Below are positions 12,766 through 27,017 of a DNA stretch of 64,000 bases, one piece after another. The notes under the pieces were generated by a model. That model was not told the DNA's origin, made no database searches, and saw only the letters and a list, made by a program, of their open reading frames with translations. The stretch spans positions 26,226,001-26,290,000 of the forward strand of contig CATNEN010000038.1 of assembly GCA_950097015.1 (NCBI GenBank). The letters are read 5' to 3'. Position numbers and translations under genes: made by a program. Origin of the DNA: Macrostomum hystrix (Eukaryota > Animalia > Platyhelminthes). The first letter of the stretch is position 1. The number at the start of each line of letters is the position of its first letter.

Positions 12766-15149
12766 TTTGTTGTCCAAAATGTAATACTGGAAATATTTAA
12801 ATGTGAGCACACCGATCTGCTCTTAGCTTAGCTCGCGGTAAAAAAGCCACAGTATCCAACAGCTATCCAATTTCCTTGTGTTTGACATACTCGAAATGAA
12901 GCTTCTGTCTGCTTACAAAGCAATTTCAATGCAAAGCAGTGCCGGATGCCGAATAGATTGGCCATAGACGATTCGAGTTGTGATTGACAATTCTGAAACT
13001 GCTTTAAAGTGAGAAGATCTAAGAGCTTTGTATTTAAAAGATTAGTTTGTGAACTAGTGAGTGAATCTTAATTATCAGATGGAACCCAGATTTGGCGGTT
13101 TTTCATCTTTGAACTGTCGCCGTTTTACACCAGATTATCCGATTCGCACGTGGATGTTATTAAAATACGTAAAACACCTGGGCCTTTTGAATGCATGTAG
13201 TTTTGTTGCTTTGGTAACGCTTTAGCATTGCCCTAAAAAACATAACACAAACCCCTCAAAATGAGCATTTTTCAAAATTATTGAAACCTTTGATCTAAAA
13301 AAATATATCAACCCCAAGCGACCGGCGCCAGCGGATGCGGGCATCCAAGGCCTACAATACCTAGAGTACCTAGTTTTAATTGTCCAAAATTATCTGGGTC
13401 ATTATCGCAAAAAACTGGTTTTCAAAACCCGAAAATGTGAATTTTCTTATTGGAAGTTAAGCTGGTCGATGAGCTTAAAATGAGCAGTTGATTGACAGTG
13501 GGACTATTAGAGCAAACTTTTAAGCTGACTTCGATTTCCCTACGTTCACTTTTAATATAAACGTGCACCTATACTTTACCTGTACATGATTAATGATATG
13601 CTAGGTATAAGAGTACGTTTTTCTGGCCGATTCGACGTGTCAACACGCGACGTGGCAGCGCCGAAACCCAGAATACGTGATTTTTGCAATTTTGTCTCCT
13701 TTTCGCCCTACATGAGTCCAAAATTTTTTTACGAGTTTTTCACGAGTGTGACCAATTCACCCAGCACTTCAACACATAAGCATACAATATGTCTATCTCG
13801 GATAAGGCCTTAAACTTCATTGAAAATTTAACAGCTGAAATTATTATATATATAAACAACCCCAAAAAGGCTAGTAAAATTGATGATATTTTGGCTTATA
13901 ACTTTTAAAAAAAGTAACGGACGTACTGCACCTGGCTTTGAGGTTGGTTTCGTCGGGCAGCAGTTTGGAGCTGCTTTTGAATGGCGCAATAAAAACTTGT
14001 GGCAACACAAACAGAATTTAGGCTTTGGCCACATTTGTACCTGTTATTATTTTTAAGGTGTCGTTTTATTCTGCTTAAACTTGCTGTGGATGTCTTAAAG
14101 CTATAAGGAATGGTACCAGAGTGTACCCCTAATTGTGCAGTAGAAATATTTTCCGGAGAGTAACTCAGTTAGTTGCTTTGTTTCTTTGTTAAAGAAAAAT
14201 ATTGTTTAATCTCATGATTTTTCCAAAATTCACGTTTTTTTACCTTTGACTTTGAATTAAAAGAAAAGGTGCATGGGAGAATTCCTAACTAAAACTCACC
14301 ATATGCACACCAAGATTTCTGCGTCGAGTGTATATATGCATGTGGTGTGTACTTTCGGAAAGTTGTACTAAGAACCTAAACATTCGAAATGTGCTGAAAA
14401 AGACCGAAATATTGTTTTTTTCTGATCAAAACGAAAACATTAAAATTCAAATGGCATTCGACATATAAAATGCGTTTCATCAAACCGCTTTATAACAACC
14501 ATTTTTTTATTTTGATGCAAAATACCTTTTATTGATTTTTAGTAGTTATTATATTTCAGCTTTACTTGCAGTCTTGCTAGATTAAAAGTGCATTATATTA
14601 AGATTTGGTAAATCTCTTTTCACTTCTTTAGTTTATTCGGTCAGTTATTTTTTCTTAATTAATTCTTCTTTGCACTTCATCTTTGTATTAAAAGACTGAA
14701 AGACACATTGTTATTCAAATCAATCAGTTTTTAACGTCTAGCAGACGCTCTCGCACAGCCATGGTCCGACAAGCGCTTCAACTCCGCCGCAACCTCTACT
14801 GTCCGCTGACATGAAGTACAGGCATCCAGCGAGCCCCCAAAATCCTCACGCTGAAGGCCTGGTTCACCAGTTATTAATGACCAGGTCCAGCTGCAGGTCA
14901 GTGGCTAGTTGTTGGAGCATGCCGCTGCGCGCCAGGGTGATATAAGAGTCTGGCAGTTCAATCGTCAGGGCAGTCAACAAAAGAGATGATTTATCGATTT
15001 ATTCAATGCGATTGATTCTTGCCGTCATGAGCACACTTTGAACATTTTAGAGGCTATGTACATCAATGATCAGAAGCCTAGCCTGTCTCACGATAGGCCA
15101 CAGGCTCATTTTCGCGTCGAATTTGTTATTGCATTTTCTGTTCAGTAGC

Positions 15150-17290
15150 TAGATCAGCCAAGGATGGAAATCCATGCAGTGTGCAAGTGCAGGTTTCCTA
15201 GAGATGACACTGTGGCGAAGCGCTGGCAGGAGCTAATGGATCTTGATATGGACCTATCAATTCGATCACGATCGAAGTCTGCGTTTATGTAGCCTACATT
15301 TTACGGACGAAGCCTATAACTGCCCTTCAAAATGCCACCAAGAAGGCACTCGTTTACGGATGCAATGCCCCACAGAGAGCTGGTGCTACCTCGTCTTGTT
15401 CGCATGGACCAGATGCCAATAACGGACAGATGAGGAGGCGGACAACATGTACCCTTCTGGTTCTGGAGCCGATTAGCGACCTGCCTGCTGCTGAGCTGAG
15501 GCGACCGCTCAGTTTTCACCGCTGAAAACGCTTACCTCGCATCTCTCAGCCGATCAATAGCGCGAGATTTGGTCAACTGGCTGTAGCAGCGATCCCGACA
15601 ACGCCATGCAAAATCAAGAGGTTGCCGCTAAAACTTTTGAGCAAAAAATCTACTGCGAGAGCGAGACCACCGTGCATCCATTTCGAGGTGGCTGGCGCTC
15701 CGCTTTCGCTTCCTGCGGTCAACCAAGAACTCGCAGCCGTGGGATTGGTCGAAGGCTGTCATCAGCAGATCACTGCAGCTGCACCGCAAAACTCCTACTG
15801 CCTAGCGGCTACTACGGAACCAGTGGCGGTTGGCTCTGCCATTACAGACATCGCTTAAGACGCGCATCCGCAAGTTTTTTCCTACTTCAGGGCCGTGTCG
15901 TCTTACTCGGCAGTTGCTGCGCAGCCAGCTGAATGCTGCCTCTGAACCTAGGCGACTAACGACGCTGCAGAGCTTCGACGGCCTGAGTTTGTCAGTAAGC
16001 GTGCGTTATGACTCGAACGGCGACAGAGTTGTTGGCTACGACGATCGAACAGTCGGGGAGCTGCAGATGGGCGCCAGAAAGCAGCAGCGGCCCAAGCTGG
16101 TGAACAAGGCAGCGGTCGCTGTGCTGCGATGTGTTGCACAAGACTGGAAGCAGCCGATCGACCGATACCCCATGAGCCACACACTTGGACAGTCCGGTTT
16201 CGAGGCCGCCATCGCTGAGTGCCTGCGGGCCAGTCATGTCATTGTTATGGTTGCCATGAACCAAGAGTCAACGCAGTGGGCTCACCTGAGCAGGCAGACA
16301 AGCGTGGCAGCACCGTTTTTGCGACATCCGGTGACACGTGACCGGCCGTATACCTCCTGACTGACGTGCCGTATTGCCTGAAAAATGCCCGAAACGCAAT
16401 GAAAAAAAATTATATCGATTTTGACGGTCACAAGCTCACGAAATGGCAGCGCCTACTCAGTTTCTACGACATCGACTGCAGCCGATCGCTGCGACTCGCA
16501 ATTCGCATGACCGACGCTCATTTTAATCCGCCGCTGGGGCAGAAAATGCGGCATCAATTTTCGGTTGTTGTTGGCGTACGGATCCCTCGCTAGGCATATG
16601 GGGGTCAATATGAGGGTCAGTCGCTCCCCTCCCAGCCGCATAAGGACATCACCGAGTTGAGCTGCGAAAGCAACCATAAAATTCGAATAGGGCTGGCTGC
16701 TATCGATCTCTGCGATTCGCCACTTGTCCGTTCACTTGATTGAGACTGAGGGCTTTGAGTACGTCTGCACTCGAAGTTTAACACAGCTAGGATCACGTAG
16801 ACTGTAGAGGTAGGCTTCGCATCAGCTGTACTTCTGGATTGCTTTTAGGTCGTATGTATATTCAAATCAACAAAAACTTTGTTGTATTTTTAAAACCTCT
16901 TCAGCATCATCAGAGGGCTTTCATCAAAGTCAGCTTTCATCGGCGCACTGAGGTTGCTTTTGGCGGCCTCTCGCAGCCAGATTCCGCATCGAGTAACTGC
17001 AAAGATGACGGCTGGTTAGCGGCGATTTCATCTGCGGGCGCTGGTGAGAGACGCAGAGACAATTCTGCAGTAGTCAGCGATCAGTCACAGCAAAGCGGCA
17101 TCTTGCACCAGACAGGCATCACTGCACGACCAGATGGAAGGCCTGGCTGCTGCTGATTTATTACTGAACGAAGGCATCGAGTACGTTGCTGGCTAAGTGC
17201 TAAAAAGTAGTGGCGGGCTGAACTGCGACGACTGCAGGAGGGAGCTGACAGCAACAAATCCGTCTGGCCAGCACTTGCTGAATAATCAGT
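15150..17290 (+). mobile_element. Degenerate P-element/THAP9-like transposase
   Basis: THAP motifs RFPRDDTVAKRW and RLCSLHF (~15190-15310). P-transposase motifs FDGLSL..YD...DRVVGYDD, WKQPI, DVPYCLKNARN, QKMR, YVCTRSLTQ/DHV, SNCKDD, IEYVAG*, CDDC. Many frameshifts and stops. TIRs not identified. Confidence 0.82.
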
Positions 17291-17679
17291 CTGCCATAAA
17301 ACCTTTTCAATCGAACGTCACATTTAAAATTTTCATCAAGAAAAAAGTACGTTAAGTAAGTATGTTTTCTACTGAACAGGAGTAGTAAAAAACTTGCCAT
17401 AAAAAATTGCCGTAGTGGCCAATCTAGTACATACTGTGGCAATGGGGTGCCAGCCGCCAGCTCAGTTTATTTTAGATTGCATTGTGCGCTACTGCACCGT
17501 TCACTCTCTCTCTCCTTCCTTTCCGTTCTATCTCTCTCCTCTCTCTTTCTGGCCTTCTATTCTTACGGAACTGAACCTGATTTGAATAAAAATTGCCATA
17601 CGTACATTGTGTGATTAAATATAGATTGGCGTTTATATAGATATATCTATCTATATATATATATATCTAATATACTAAA

Positions 17680-19732
17680 TCTTATATACTAAAAATGAAA
17701 ATCTTGCTTGCTTGCTTGCTTGCTTGCTTGTTTGCAATCGACTAGCTCCCGAACGGCTCAACCGATTTTCACAATTCCTTCGCCAAAAGATCACAAATGG
17801 GCCGGAATCGGTACACGTATTTTTATTAAGCTTAATTTCATTGCCAAGGGGATTAAATATGCGAAAAACTGTTTTAAATAGGCTTTTCTAATGCATTCTT
17901 GTTTTCAGCTTGTGCACAGTGAGGCCTCCAGTGCCAATTTTTATGATTGCATCAGAGCCAATTTTGATAAGGCACTGATAAGAACTCAAGGGAGGCTACC
18001 CAGAGGGTAGCGAAGGCAGCTAGTCTAATATACTAAAAATGAAAATCTTGCTTGCTTGCTTGCTTGTATGTTTGTATGTTTGCAATCGACTAGCTCCCGA
18101 ACGGCTCAACCGATTTTCGCAATTCCTTCGCCAAAAGATCACAAATGGGCCGGAATCGGTACACGTAATTTTATTAAGCTTAATTCCATTGCCAAGGGGA
18201 TTAAATATTCGAAAAACAATTTTAAATAGGCTTTTCTAATGCATTCTTGTTTTCAGCTTGTGCACAGTGAGGCCTCCAGTGCCAATTTTAATGATTGCAT
18301 CAGAGCCAGTTTTGATAACGAACTGATAAGAACTCCAGTGAGGCTACCCAGAGGGTAGCGAAGGGCAGCTAGTCTAATATACTAAAAATGAAAATCTTGC
18401 TTGCTTGTTTGCAATCGACTAGCTCCCGAACGGCTCAACCGATTTTCGCAATTCCTTCGCCAAAAGATCACAAATGGGCCGGAATCGGTACACGTATTTT
18501 TATTAAGCTTAATTCCATTGGCAAGGGGATTAAATATTCGAAAAACAGTTTTAAATAGGCTTTTCTAATGCATTCTTGTTTTCAGCTTGTGCACAGTGAG
18601 GCCTCCAGTGCCAATTTTAATGATTGCATCAGAGCCAGTTTTGATAACGCACGCGCGTACTGATAAGAACTCACAGGGAGGCTACCCAGAGGGTAGCGAA
18701 GGCAGCTAGTCTAATATACTAAAAATGAAAATCTTGTTTGTATGTTTGTATGTTTGCAATCGACTAGCTCCCGAACGGCTCAACCGATTTTCGCAATTCC
18801 TTCGCCAAAAGATCACAAATGGGCCGGAATCGGTACACGTAATTTTATTAAGCTTAATTCCATTGGCAAGGGGATTAAATATTCGAAAAACTGTTTTAAA
18901 TAGGCTTTTCTAATGCATTCTTGTTTTCAGCTTGTGCACAGTGAGGCCTCCAGTGCCAAATTTAATGATTGCATCAGAGCCAGTTTTGATAACGCACGCG
19001 CGTACTGATAAGAACTCACAGGGAGGCTACCCAGAGGGTAGCGAAGGCAGCTAGTCTTATATACTAAAAATGAAAATCTTGTATGTTTGTTTGCAATCGA
19101 CTAGCTCCCGAACGGCTCAACCGATTTTCGCAATTCCTTCGCCAAAAGATCACAAATGGGCCGGAATCGGTACACGTAATTTTATTAAGCTTAATTCCAT
19201 TGCCAAGGGGATTAAATATTCGAAAAACAGTTTTAAATAGGCTTTTCTAATGCATTCTTGTTTTCAGCTTGTGCACAGTGAGGCCTCCAGTGCCAATTTT
19301 AATGATTGCATCAGAGCCAGTTTTGATAACGCACGCGCGTACTGATAAGAACTCACAGGGAGGCTACCCAGAGGGTAGCGAAGGCAGCTAGTCTAATATA
19401 CTAAAAATGAAAATCTTGCTTGCTTGCTTGTTTGCAATCGACTAGCTCCCGAACGGCTCAACCGATTTTCACAATTCCTTCGCCAAAAGATCACAAATGG
19501 GCCGGAATCGGTACACGTATTTTTATTAAGCTTAATTCCATTGCCAAGGGGATTAAATATTCGAAAAACAGTTTTAAATAGGCTTTTCTAATGCATTCTT
19601 GTTTTCAGCTTGTGCACAGTGAGGCCTCCAGTGCCAAATTTAATGATTGCATCAGAGCCAGTTTTGATAACGCACGCGCGTACTGATAAGAACTCACAGA
19701 GAGGCTACCCAGAGGGTAGCGAAGGCAGCTAG
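17680..19732 (+). mobile_element. Six tandem ~340-bp non-autonomous Helitrons (17680-18023, -18372, -18709, -19054, -19391, -19732)
   Basis: Each starts TC(T/A)..TATACTAAAAATG, has a variable (GCTT/GTAT)n tract, and ends with hairpin GCTACCC-AGA-GGGTAGC plus CTAG. Units are joined CTAG|TC with no TSD. Confidence 0.88.
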
Positions 19733-20289
19733 TCCACTATACTAAAAATGAAATGCTTGCTTGCTTGTAATTGATTTTCTCCCGAACGGCTCAACCGATT
19801 TTCACCATTTCTTCACCAAAAGATGCCAAATATGGGGACAATTATACACGTATTTTTATTAAGCTTAACTTTATTGCTAAAGGGATTAAATATTCGAAAA
19901 ACATGATTTTTCAAAGGTCAAACCACTCACTGCCACTGAATTAGAATTGCATCGTCAAATTGCGCAACAACCCCTAGCTGATTGAATTTGAAGCCTGCAC
20001 TCTGGAGACAAATTGGAAATAAATGTACACAACCAACCGCGAGACTGAGTGTACTCTATTTTCTTACTTCATTGTACAAAGCCAGAACTTTGAGAATTCA
20101 TTTTATAAGGCTGATTTCTGCACCCACTAACCTACAGTCGGAATAGCCGATGTGTAGGCACTAGGAATAAGTTAGGCTAGGCTAGGGTTCGATTCTGCAC
20201 TGCGTCAAATTATTTAGACTAATTTTCAGCCAGTAGTGATTGAAGATTATTTTGATTTATTTTTTTCATTTCGTAAATAAAATATCATA

Positions 20290-23200
20290 AATCATAGCAA
20301 ACCTGAGTTTGAATCATTGCAAAAATAGAGCTTGAATCATGGCTAAACCAGCGTCTGAATCATGGCTAAACCAGAGTCTGAATCATGGCTAAACCAGAGT
20401 TTGAATCATGGCTAAACCAGAGTTTGAATCATGGCTAAACCAGAGTTTGAATCATGGCTAAACCAGAGTTTGAATCATGGCTAAACCAGAGTTTGAATCA
20501 TGGCTAAACCAGAGTTTGAATCATGGCTAAACCAGAGTTTGAATCATGGCTAAACCAGAGTTTGAATCATGGCTAAACCAGAGTTTGAATCATGGCTAAA
20601 CCAGAGTTTGAATCATGGCTAAACCAGAGTTTGAATCATGGCTAAACCAGAGTTTGAATCATGGCTAAACCAGAGTCTGAATCATGGCTAAACCAGAGTT
20701 TGAATCATGGCTAAACCAGAGTTTGAATCATGGCTAAACCAGAGTTTGCATCATGGCTAAACCAGCGTCTGAATCATGGCTAAACTGGAGTCTGAATCAT
20801 GGCTAAACCAGCGTCTGAATCATTGCTAAACCAGAGTTTGAATCATGGCTAAACCAGAGCTTGAATCATGGCTAAACTGGAGTCTGAATCATGGCTTAAC
20901 CAGAGTCTGAATCATGGCTAAACCAGAGTCTGAATCATGGCTAAACCAGCGTCTGAATCATGGCTAAACCAGAGTTTGAATCATGGCTAAACCAGAGTCT
21001 GAATCATGGCTTAACCAGAGTTTGAATCATGGCTAAACCAGAGTCTGAATCATGGCTAAACCAGAATTTAAATCATGGCTAAACCAGAGTCTGAATCATG
21101 GCTAAACCAACGTTTGAATCATGGCTAACCTAGAGTCTGAATCATGGCTAAACCATAGTCTGAATCATGGCTAAACCAGAGTTTGAATCATGGCTAAACC
21201 AGAGCTTAAATCATGGCTAAACTGGAGTCTGAATCATGGCTAAACCAGAGTCTGAATCATTGCTAAACCAGAGTTTGAATCATGGCTAAACCAGAGCTTG
21301 AATCATGGCTAAACTGGAGTCTGAATCATGGCTAAACCAGAGTCTGAATCATTGCTAAACAAGAGTTTGAATCATGGCTAAACCAGAGTTTGAATCATTC
21401 TAAACCAGCGTTTGAATCATGGCTAAACCAGAGTTTGAATCACGGCTAAACCAGAGTTTGAATCATGTCTAAACCAGAGCTTGAATGATGGCTAAACCAG
21501 TGTTTGAATCATGGCTAAAGCATAGTTTGAATCATGGCTAAACCAGAGTCTGAATCATGGCTAAACCAGAGTCTGAATCATGGCTTAACCAGAGTTTGAA
21601 TCATGGCTAAACCAGAGTCTGAATCATGGCTAAACCAGAATTTAAATCATGGCTAAACCAGAGTCTGAATCATGGCTAAACCAACGTTTGAATCATGGCT
21701 AACCTAGAGTCTGAATCATGGCTAAACCATAGTCTGAATCATGGCTAAACCAGAGTTTGAATCATGGCTAAACCAGAGCTTGAATCATGGCTAAACTGGA
21801 GTCTGAATCATGGCTAAACCAGAGTCTGAATCATTGCTAAACCAGAGTTTGAATCATGGCTAAACCAGAGCTTGAATCATGGCTAAACTGGAGTCTGAAT
21901 CATGGCTAAACCAGAGTCTGAATCATTGCTAAACAAGAGTTTGAATCATGGCTAAACCAGAGTTTGAATCATTCTAAACCAGCGTTTGAATCATGGCTAA
22001 ACCAGAGTTTGAATCACGGCTAAACCAGAGTTTGAATCATGTCTAAACCAGAGCTTGAATGATGGCTAAACCAGTGTTTGAATCATGGCTAAAGCATAGT
22101 TTGAATCATGGCTAAACCAGAGTCTGAATCATGGCTTAACCAGAGTTTGAATCATGGCTTAACCAGAGTTTGAATCATGGCCAAACCAGAGTTTGAATCA
22201 TGGCTAAATCAGAGTCTAAATCATGGCAAAACTGGAGTCTGAATCATGGCTAAACCAGAGTCTGAATCATTGCTAAACCAGAGTTTGAATCATGGCTAAA
22301 CCAGAGCTTGAATCATGGCTAAACTGGAGTCTGAATCATGGCTAAACCAGAGTCTGAATCATTGCTAAACAAGAGTTTGAATCATGGCTAAACCAGAGTC
22401 TGAATCATGGCTAAACCAGAATTTAAATCATGGCTAAACCAGAGTCTGAATCATGGCTAAACCAACGTTTGAATCATGGCTAACCTAGAGTCTGAATCAT
22501 GGCTAAACCATAGTCTGAATCATGGCTAAACCAGAGTTTGAATCATGGCTAAACCAGAGCTTGAATCATGGCTAAACTGGAGTCTGAATCATGGCTAAAC
22601 CAGAGTCTGAATCATTGCTAAACCAGAGTTTGAATCATGGCTAAACCAGAGCTTGAATCATGGCTAAACTGGAGTCTGAATCATGGCTAAACCAGAGTCT
22701 GAATCATTGCTAAACAAGAGTTTGAATCATGGCTAAACCAGAGTTTGAATCATTCTAAACCAGCGTTTGAATCATGGCTAAACCAGAGTTTGAATCACGG
22801 CTAAACCAGAGTTTGAATCATGTCTAAACCAGAGCTTGAATGATGGCTAAACCAGTGTTTGAATCATGGCTAAAGCATAGTTTGAATCATGGCTAAACCA
22901 GAGTCTGAATCATGGCTTAACCAGAGTTTGAATCATGGCTTAACCAGAGTTTGAATCATGGCCAAACCAGAGTTTGAATCATGGCTAAATCAGAGTCTGA
23001 ATCATGGCAAAACTGGAGTCTGAATCATGGCTAAACCAGAGTCTGAATCATTGCTAAACCAGAGTTTGAATCATGGCTAAACCAGAGCTTGAATCATGGC
23101 TAAACTGGAGTCTGAATCATGGCTAAACCAGAGTCTGAATCATTGCTAAACAAGAGTTTGAATCATGGCTAAACCAGAGTCTGAATCATGGCTAAACCAG

Positions 23201-25380
23201 AATTTAAATCATGGCTAAACCAGAGTCTGAATCATGGCTAAACCAACGTTTGAATCATGGCTAACCTAGAGTCTGAATCATGGCTAAACCATAGTCTGAA
23301 TCATGGCTAAACCAGAGTTTGAATCATGGCTAAACCAGAGCTTGAATCATGGCTAAACTGGAGTCTGAATCATGGCTAAACCAGAGTCTGAATCATTGCT
23401 AAACCAGAGTTTGAATCATGGCTAAACCAGAGCTTGAATCATGGCTAAACTGGAGTCTGAATCATGGCTAAACCAGAGTCTGAATCATTGCTAAACAAGA
23501 GTTTGAATCATGGCTAAACCAGAGTTTGAATCATTCTAAACCAGCGTTTGAATCATGGCTAAACCAGAGTTTGAATCACGGCTAAACCAGAGTTTGAATC
23601 ATGTCTAAACCAGAGCTTGAATGATGGCTAAACCAGTGTTTGAATCATGGCTAAAGCATAGTTTGAATCATGGCTAAACCAGAGTCTGAATCATGGCTTA
23701 ACCAGAGTTTGAATCATGGCTTAACCAGAGTTTGAATCATGGCCAAACCAGAGTTTGAATCATGGCTAAATCAGAGTCTAAATCATGGCAAAACTGGATC
23801 ATTGAATCCAGAGTCTGAATCATTGCTAAACCAGAGTTTGAATCATGGCCAAACCAGAGTTTGAATCATGGCTAAATCAGAGTCTAAATCATGGCAAAAC
23901 TGGATCATTAAACCAGAGTCTGAATCATTGCTAAACCAGAGTTTGAATCATGGCTAAACCAGAGCTTGAATCATGGCTAAACTGGAGTCTGAATCATGGC
24001 TAAACCAGAGTCTGAATCATTGCTAAACAAGAGTTTGAATCATGGCTAAACCAGAGTTTGAATCATTCTAAACCAGCGTTTGAATCATGGCTAAACCAGA
24101 GTTTGAATCACGGCTAAACCAGAGTTTGAATCATGTCTAAGCCAGAGCTTGAATGATGGCTAAACCAGTGTTTGAATCATGGCTAAAGCATAGTTTGAAT
24201 CATGGCTAAACCAGAGTCTGAATCATGGCTTAACCAGAGTTTGAATCATGGCTTAACCAGAGTTTGAATCATGGCCAAACCAGAGTTTGAATCATGGCTA
24301 AATCAGAGTCTAAATCATGGCAAAACTGGATCATTGAATCCAGAGTCTGAATCATTGCTAAACCAGAGTTTGAATCATGGCCAAACCAGAGTTTGAATCA
24401 TGGCTAAATCAGAGTCTAAATCATGGCAAAACTGGATCATTAAACCAAAGTCTGAATCATTGCTAAACCAGAGTTTGAATCATGGCTAAACCAGAGCTTG
24501 AATCATGGCTAAACTGGATCATTGAATCCAGAGTCTGAATCATTGCTAAACCAGAGTTTGAATCATGGCTAAACCAGAGTCTGAATCATGGCTTAACCAG
24601 AGTTTGAATCATGGCTTAACCAGAGTTTGAATCATGGCCAAACCAGAGTTTGAATCATGGCTAAATCAGAGTCTAAATCATGGCAAAACTGGAGTCTGAA
24701 TCATGGCTAAACCAGAGTCTGAATCATTGCTAAACCAGAGTTTGAATCATGGCTAAACCAGAGCTTGAATCATGGCTAAACTGGAGTCTGAATCATGGCT
24801 AAACTGGAGTCTGAATCATTGCTAAACAAGAGTTTGAATCATGGCTAAACCAGAGTCTGAATCATGGCTAAACCAGAGTTTAATTCATGGCTAAACAAGA
24901 GTCTGAATCATGGCTTAACCAGAGTTTGAATCATGGCTAAACCAGAGTTTGAATCATGGCTAAACCAGAGTTTGAATCATGGCTAAACCAGAGTCTGAAT
25001 CATGGCTAAACCAACGTTTGAATCATGGCTAAACCAGAGTCTGAATCATGGCTAAACCAGAGTTTCAATCATGGCTAAACCAGCGTCTGAATCATGGCTA
25101 AACCAGCGTCTGAATCATAGCCAACCAGAGTTTGAATCTTGGCTAAACCAGAGTTTGAATCATAGCCAACCAGAGTCTGAATCATGGCAAAACGAGAGTT
25201 TGAATCATGGCTAAAGCAGACTTTAAATCATCACAGCGTCTGAATCATGGCTAAACCAGAGTTTGAATCATGGCTAAATTAGAGTTTGAATCATGGTAAA
25301 ACGAGAGTTTGAATCATAGCCCACCAGGGTTTAAAACATGGCGAAACCTGAGTTTGAATCTTGGCTAACCCAGCGTTTGA
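20290..25380. repeat. 23-bp satellite with higher-order repeats
   Basis: Monomer GAATCATGGCTAAACCAGAGT(T/C)T, about 220 copies. A diagnostic variant CCAGAATTTAAATC recurs at 21061, 21635, 22416 and 23197. Confidence 0.95.
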
Positions 25381-25389
25381 AAAATCAAC

Positions 25390-26915
25390 GTCAACTGGGG
25401 AGTCATCATCAAAATGGGGATCAAGGTAAACTGGGGGATAATCGTCAACTGGAGGATCTTGGTAAACTGGGGGATAATTGTCAACTGGGGGATCATTGTC
25501 AACTGGGGGATCGTTGTGAACTGGGGGATCATTGTAAACTAGGGGGTAATGGTCAACTGGGGGATAATTGTCAACTGGGGAATCATCATCAAATGGGGGA
25601 TCATGGTCAACTTGGGGATCATTGTCAACTGGGGGATCATTGTCAACTGTGGGATCATTGTCAACTGGGGGATCATTGTCAAATGTGGGAACATTGTCAA
25701 CTGGAGGAACATTGTTAACTGGGGATCATCATCAATGGGGAGACTTCATCAACTGGGGGATCATTGTGAACTGGGGGATCTTTGTTAACTGGGGGATCAT
25801 TGTCAACTGGGGGATCATTCTCAACTGGGGGATCATTGTCAACTGGGGGATCATTGCAAACTGGGGGATCATTGTCAACTGGGGGATCATTTTCAACTGG
25901 GGGATCATCATCAACTGGGGGATCATTGTGAACTGGGGGATCTTTGTCAACTGGGGGATCATTGTCAACTGGGAGATCATTGTCAACTGGGGGATCGTTG
26001 TCAACTGGGGGAACTTCATTGTCAACTGGGGATCATTGTCAACTGGGGGATCATTGTCAACTGGGGGATCATCATCAACTAGGGGATCATTGTCAACTGG
26101 GGGTTCATTGTCAACTGTGGTATCATTGTCAACCGGCGGGATCATTGTCAACTGTGGGATCATTGTCAACTGAGGGATCATTGTCAACTGGGGTATCATT
26201 GTCAACTGGGTGATCATCATCAACTGGGGGATCATTGTCAACTGGGGGAACATTGTCAACTGGAGGAACATTGTTAACTAGGGATCATCATCAATGGGGA
26301 GACTTCATCAACTGGGGGATCATTGTGAACTGGGGGATCTTTGTTAACTGGGGGATCATTGTCAACTGGGGGATCATTCTCAACTGGGGGATCATTGTCT
26401 ACTGGGGGATCATTGTCAACTGGGGGATCATTTTCAACTGGGGGATCATCATCAACTGGGGGATCATTGTCAACTGGGGGATCATTGTCAACTGGGGGAT
26501 CATTGTCAACTGTGGGATCATTGTCAACTGGGTGATCATCATCAACTGGGGGATCATTGATAACTGGGGGAACATTGTCAACTGGAGGAACATTGTTAAC
26601 TGGGGATCATCATCAATAGGGAGACTTCATCAACTGGGGGATCATTGTGAATTGGGGGATCTTTGTTAACTGGGGGATCATTGTTAACTGGGGGATCATT
26701 CTCAACTGGGGGATCATTGTCAACTGGGGGATCATTCTCAACTGGGGGATCATCATCAACTGGGGGATCATCATCAACTGGGGGATCATTGTGAACTGGG
26801 GGATCTTTGTCAACTGGGGGATCATTGTCAACTGGGGGTTCATTGTCAACTGGGGGTTCATTGTCAACTGGGGGATCATTGTCAACTGGGGGATCATTGT
26901 CAACTGGGGGTTCAT
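25390..26915. repeat. 18-bp G-run minisatellite
   Basis: CAACTGGGGGATCATTGT units. Confidence 0.95.
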
Positions 26916-27017
26916 AGTAGCTTTAAAAAGCTGTAAATTCAGCTTCTAAAAAGTCTATACTAGACGAATTAAAAGTATTTCTGCTCCCCGAAGGGGGGCA
27001 AATCTTGCTAGTATATA

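Larger units (their letters stand above)
9712..13025. repeat. Segmental duplication unit (copy at ~32874-36060)
   Basis: Near-identical sequence from ATGACAGTGTTCAAGATCCGGATCTAC through the gene and its upstream region. ORF 9993-10352 is ~97% identical to ORF 33231-33590. Confidence 0.9.
19733..27011 (+). mobile_element. Long (7.3-kb) non-autonomous Helitron carrying two tandem-repeat arrays
   Basis: 5' TCCACTATACTAAAAATG head related to the short units; 3' hairpin TGCTCCCC-GAA-GGGGGGCA followed by CTTGCTAG|T. Confidence 0.8.
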
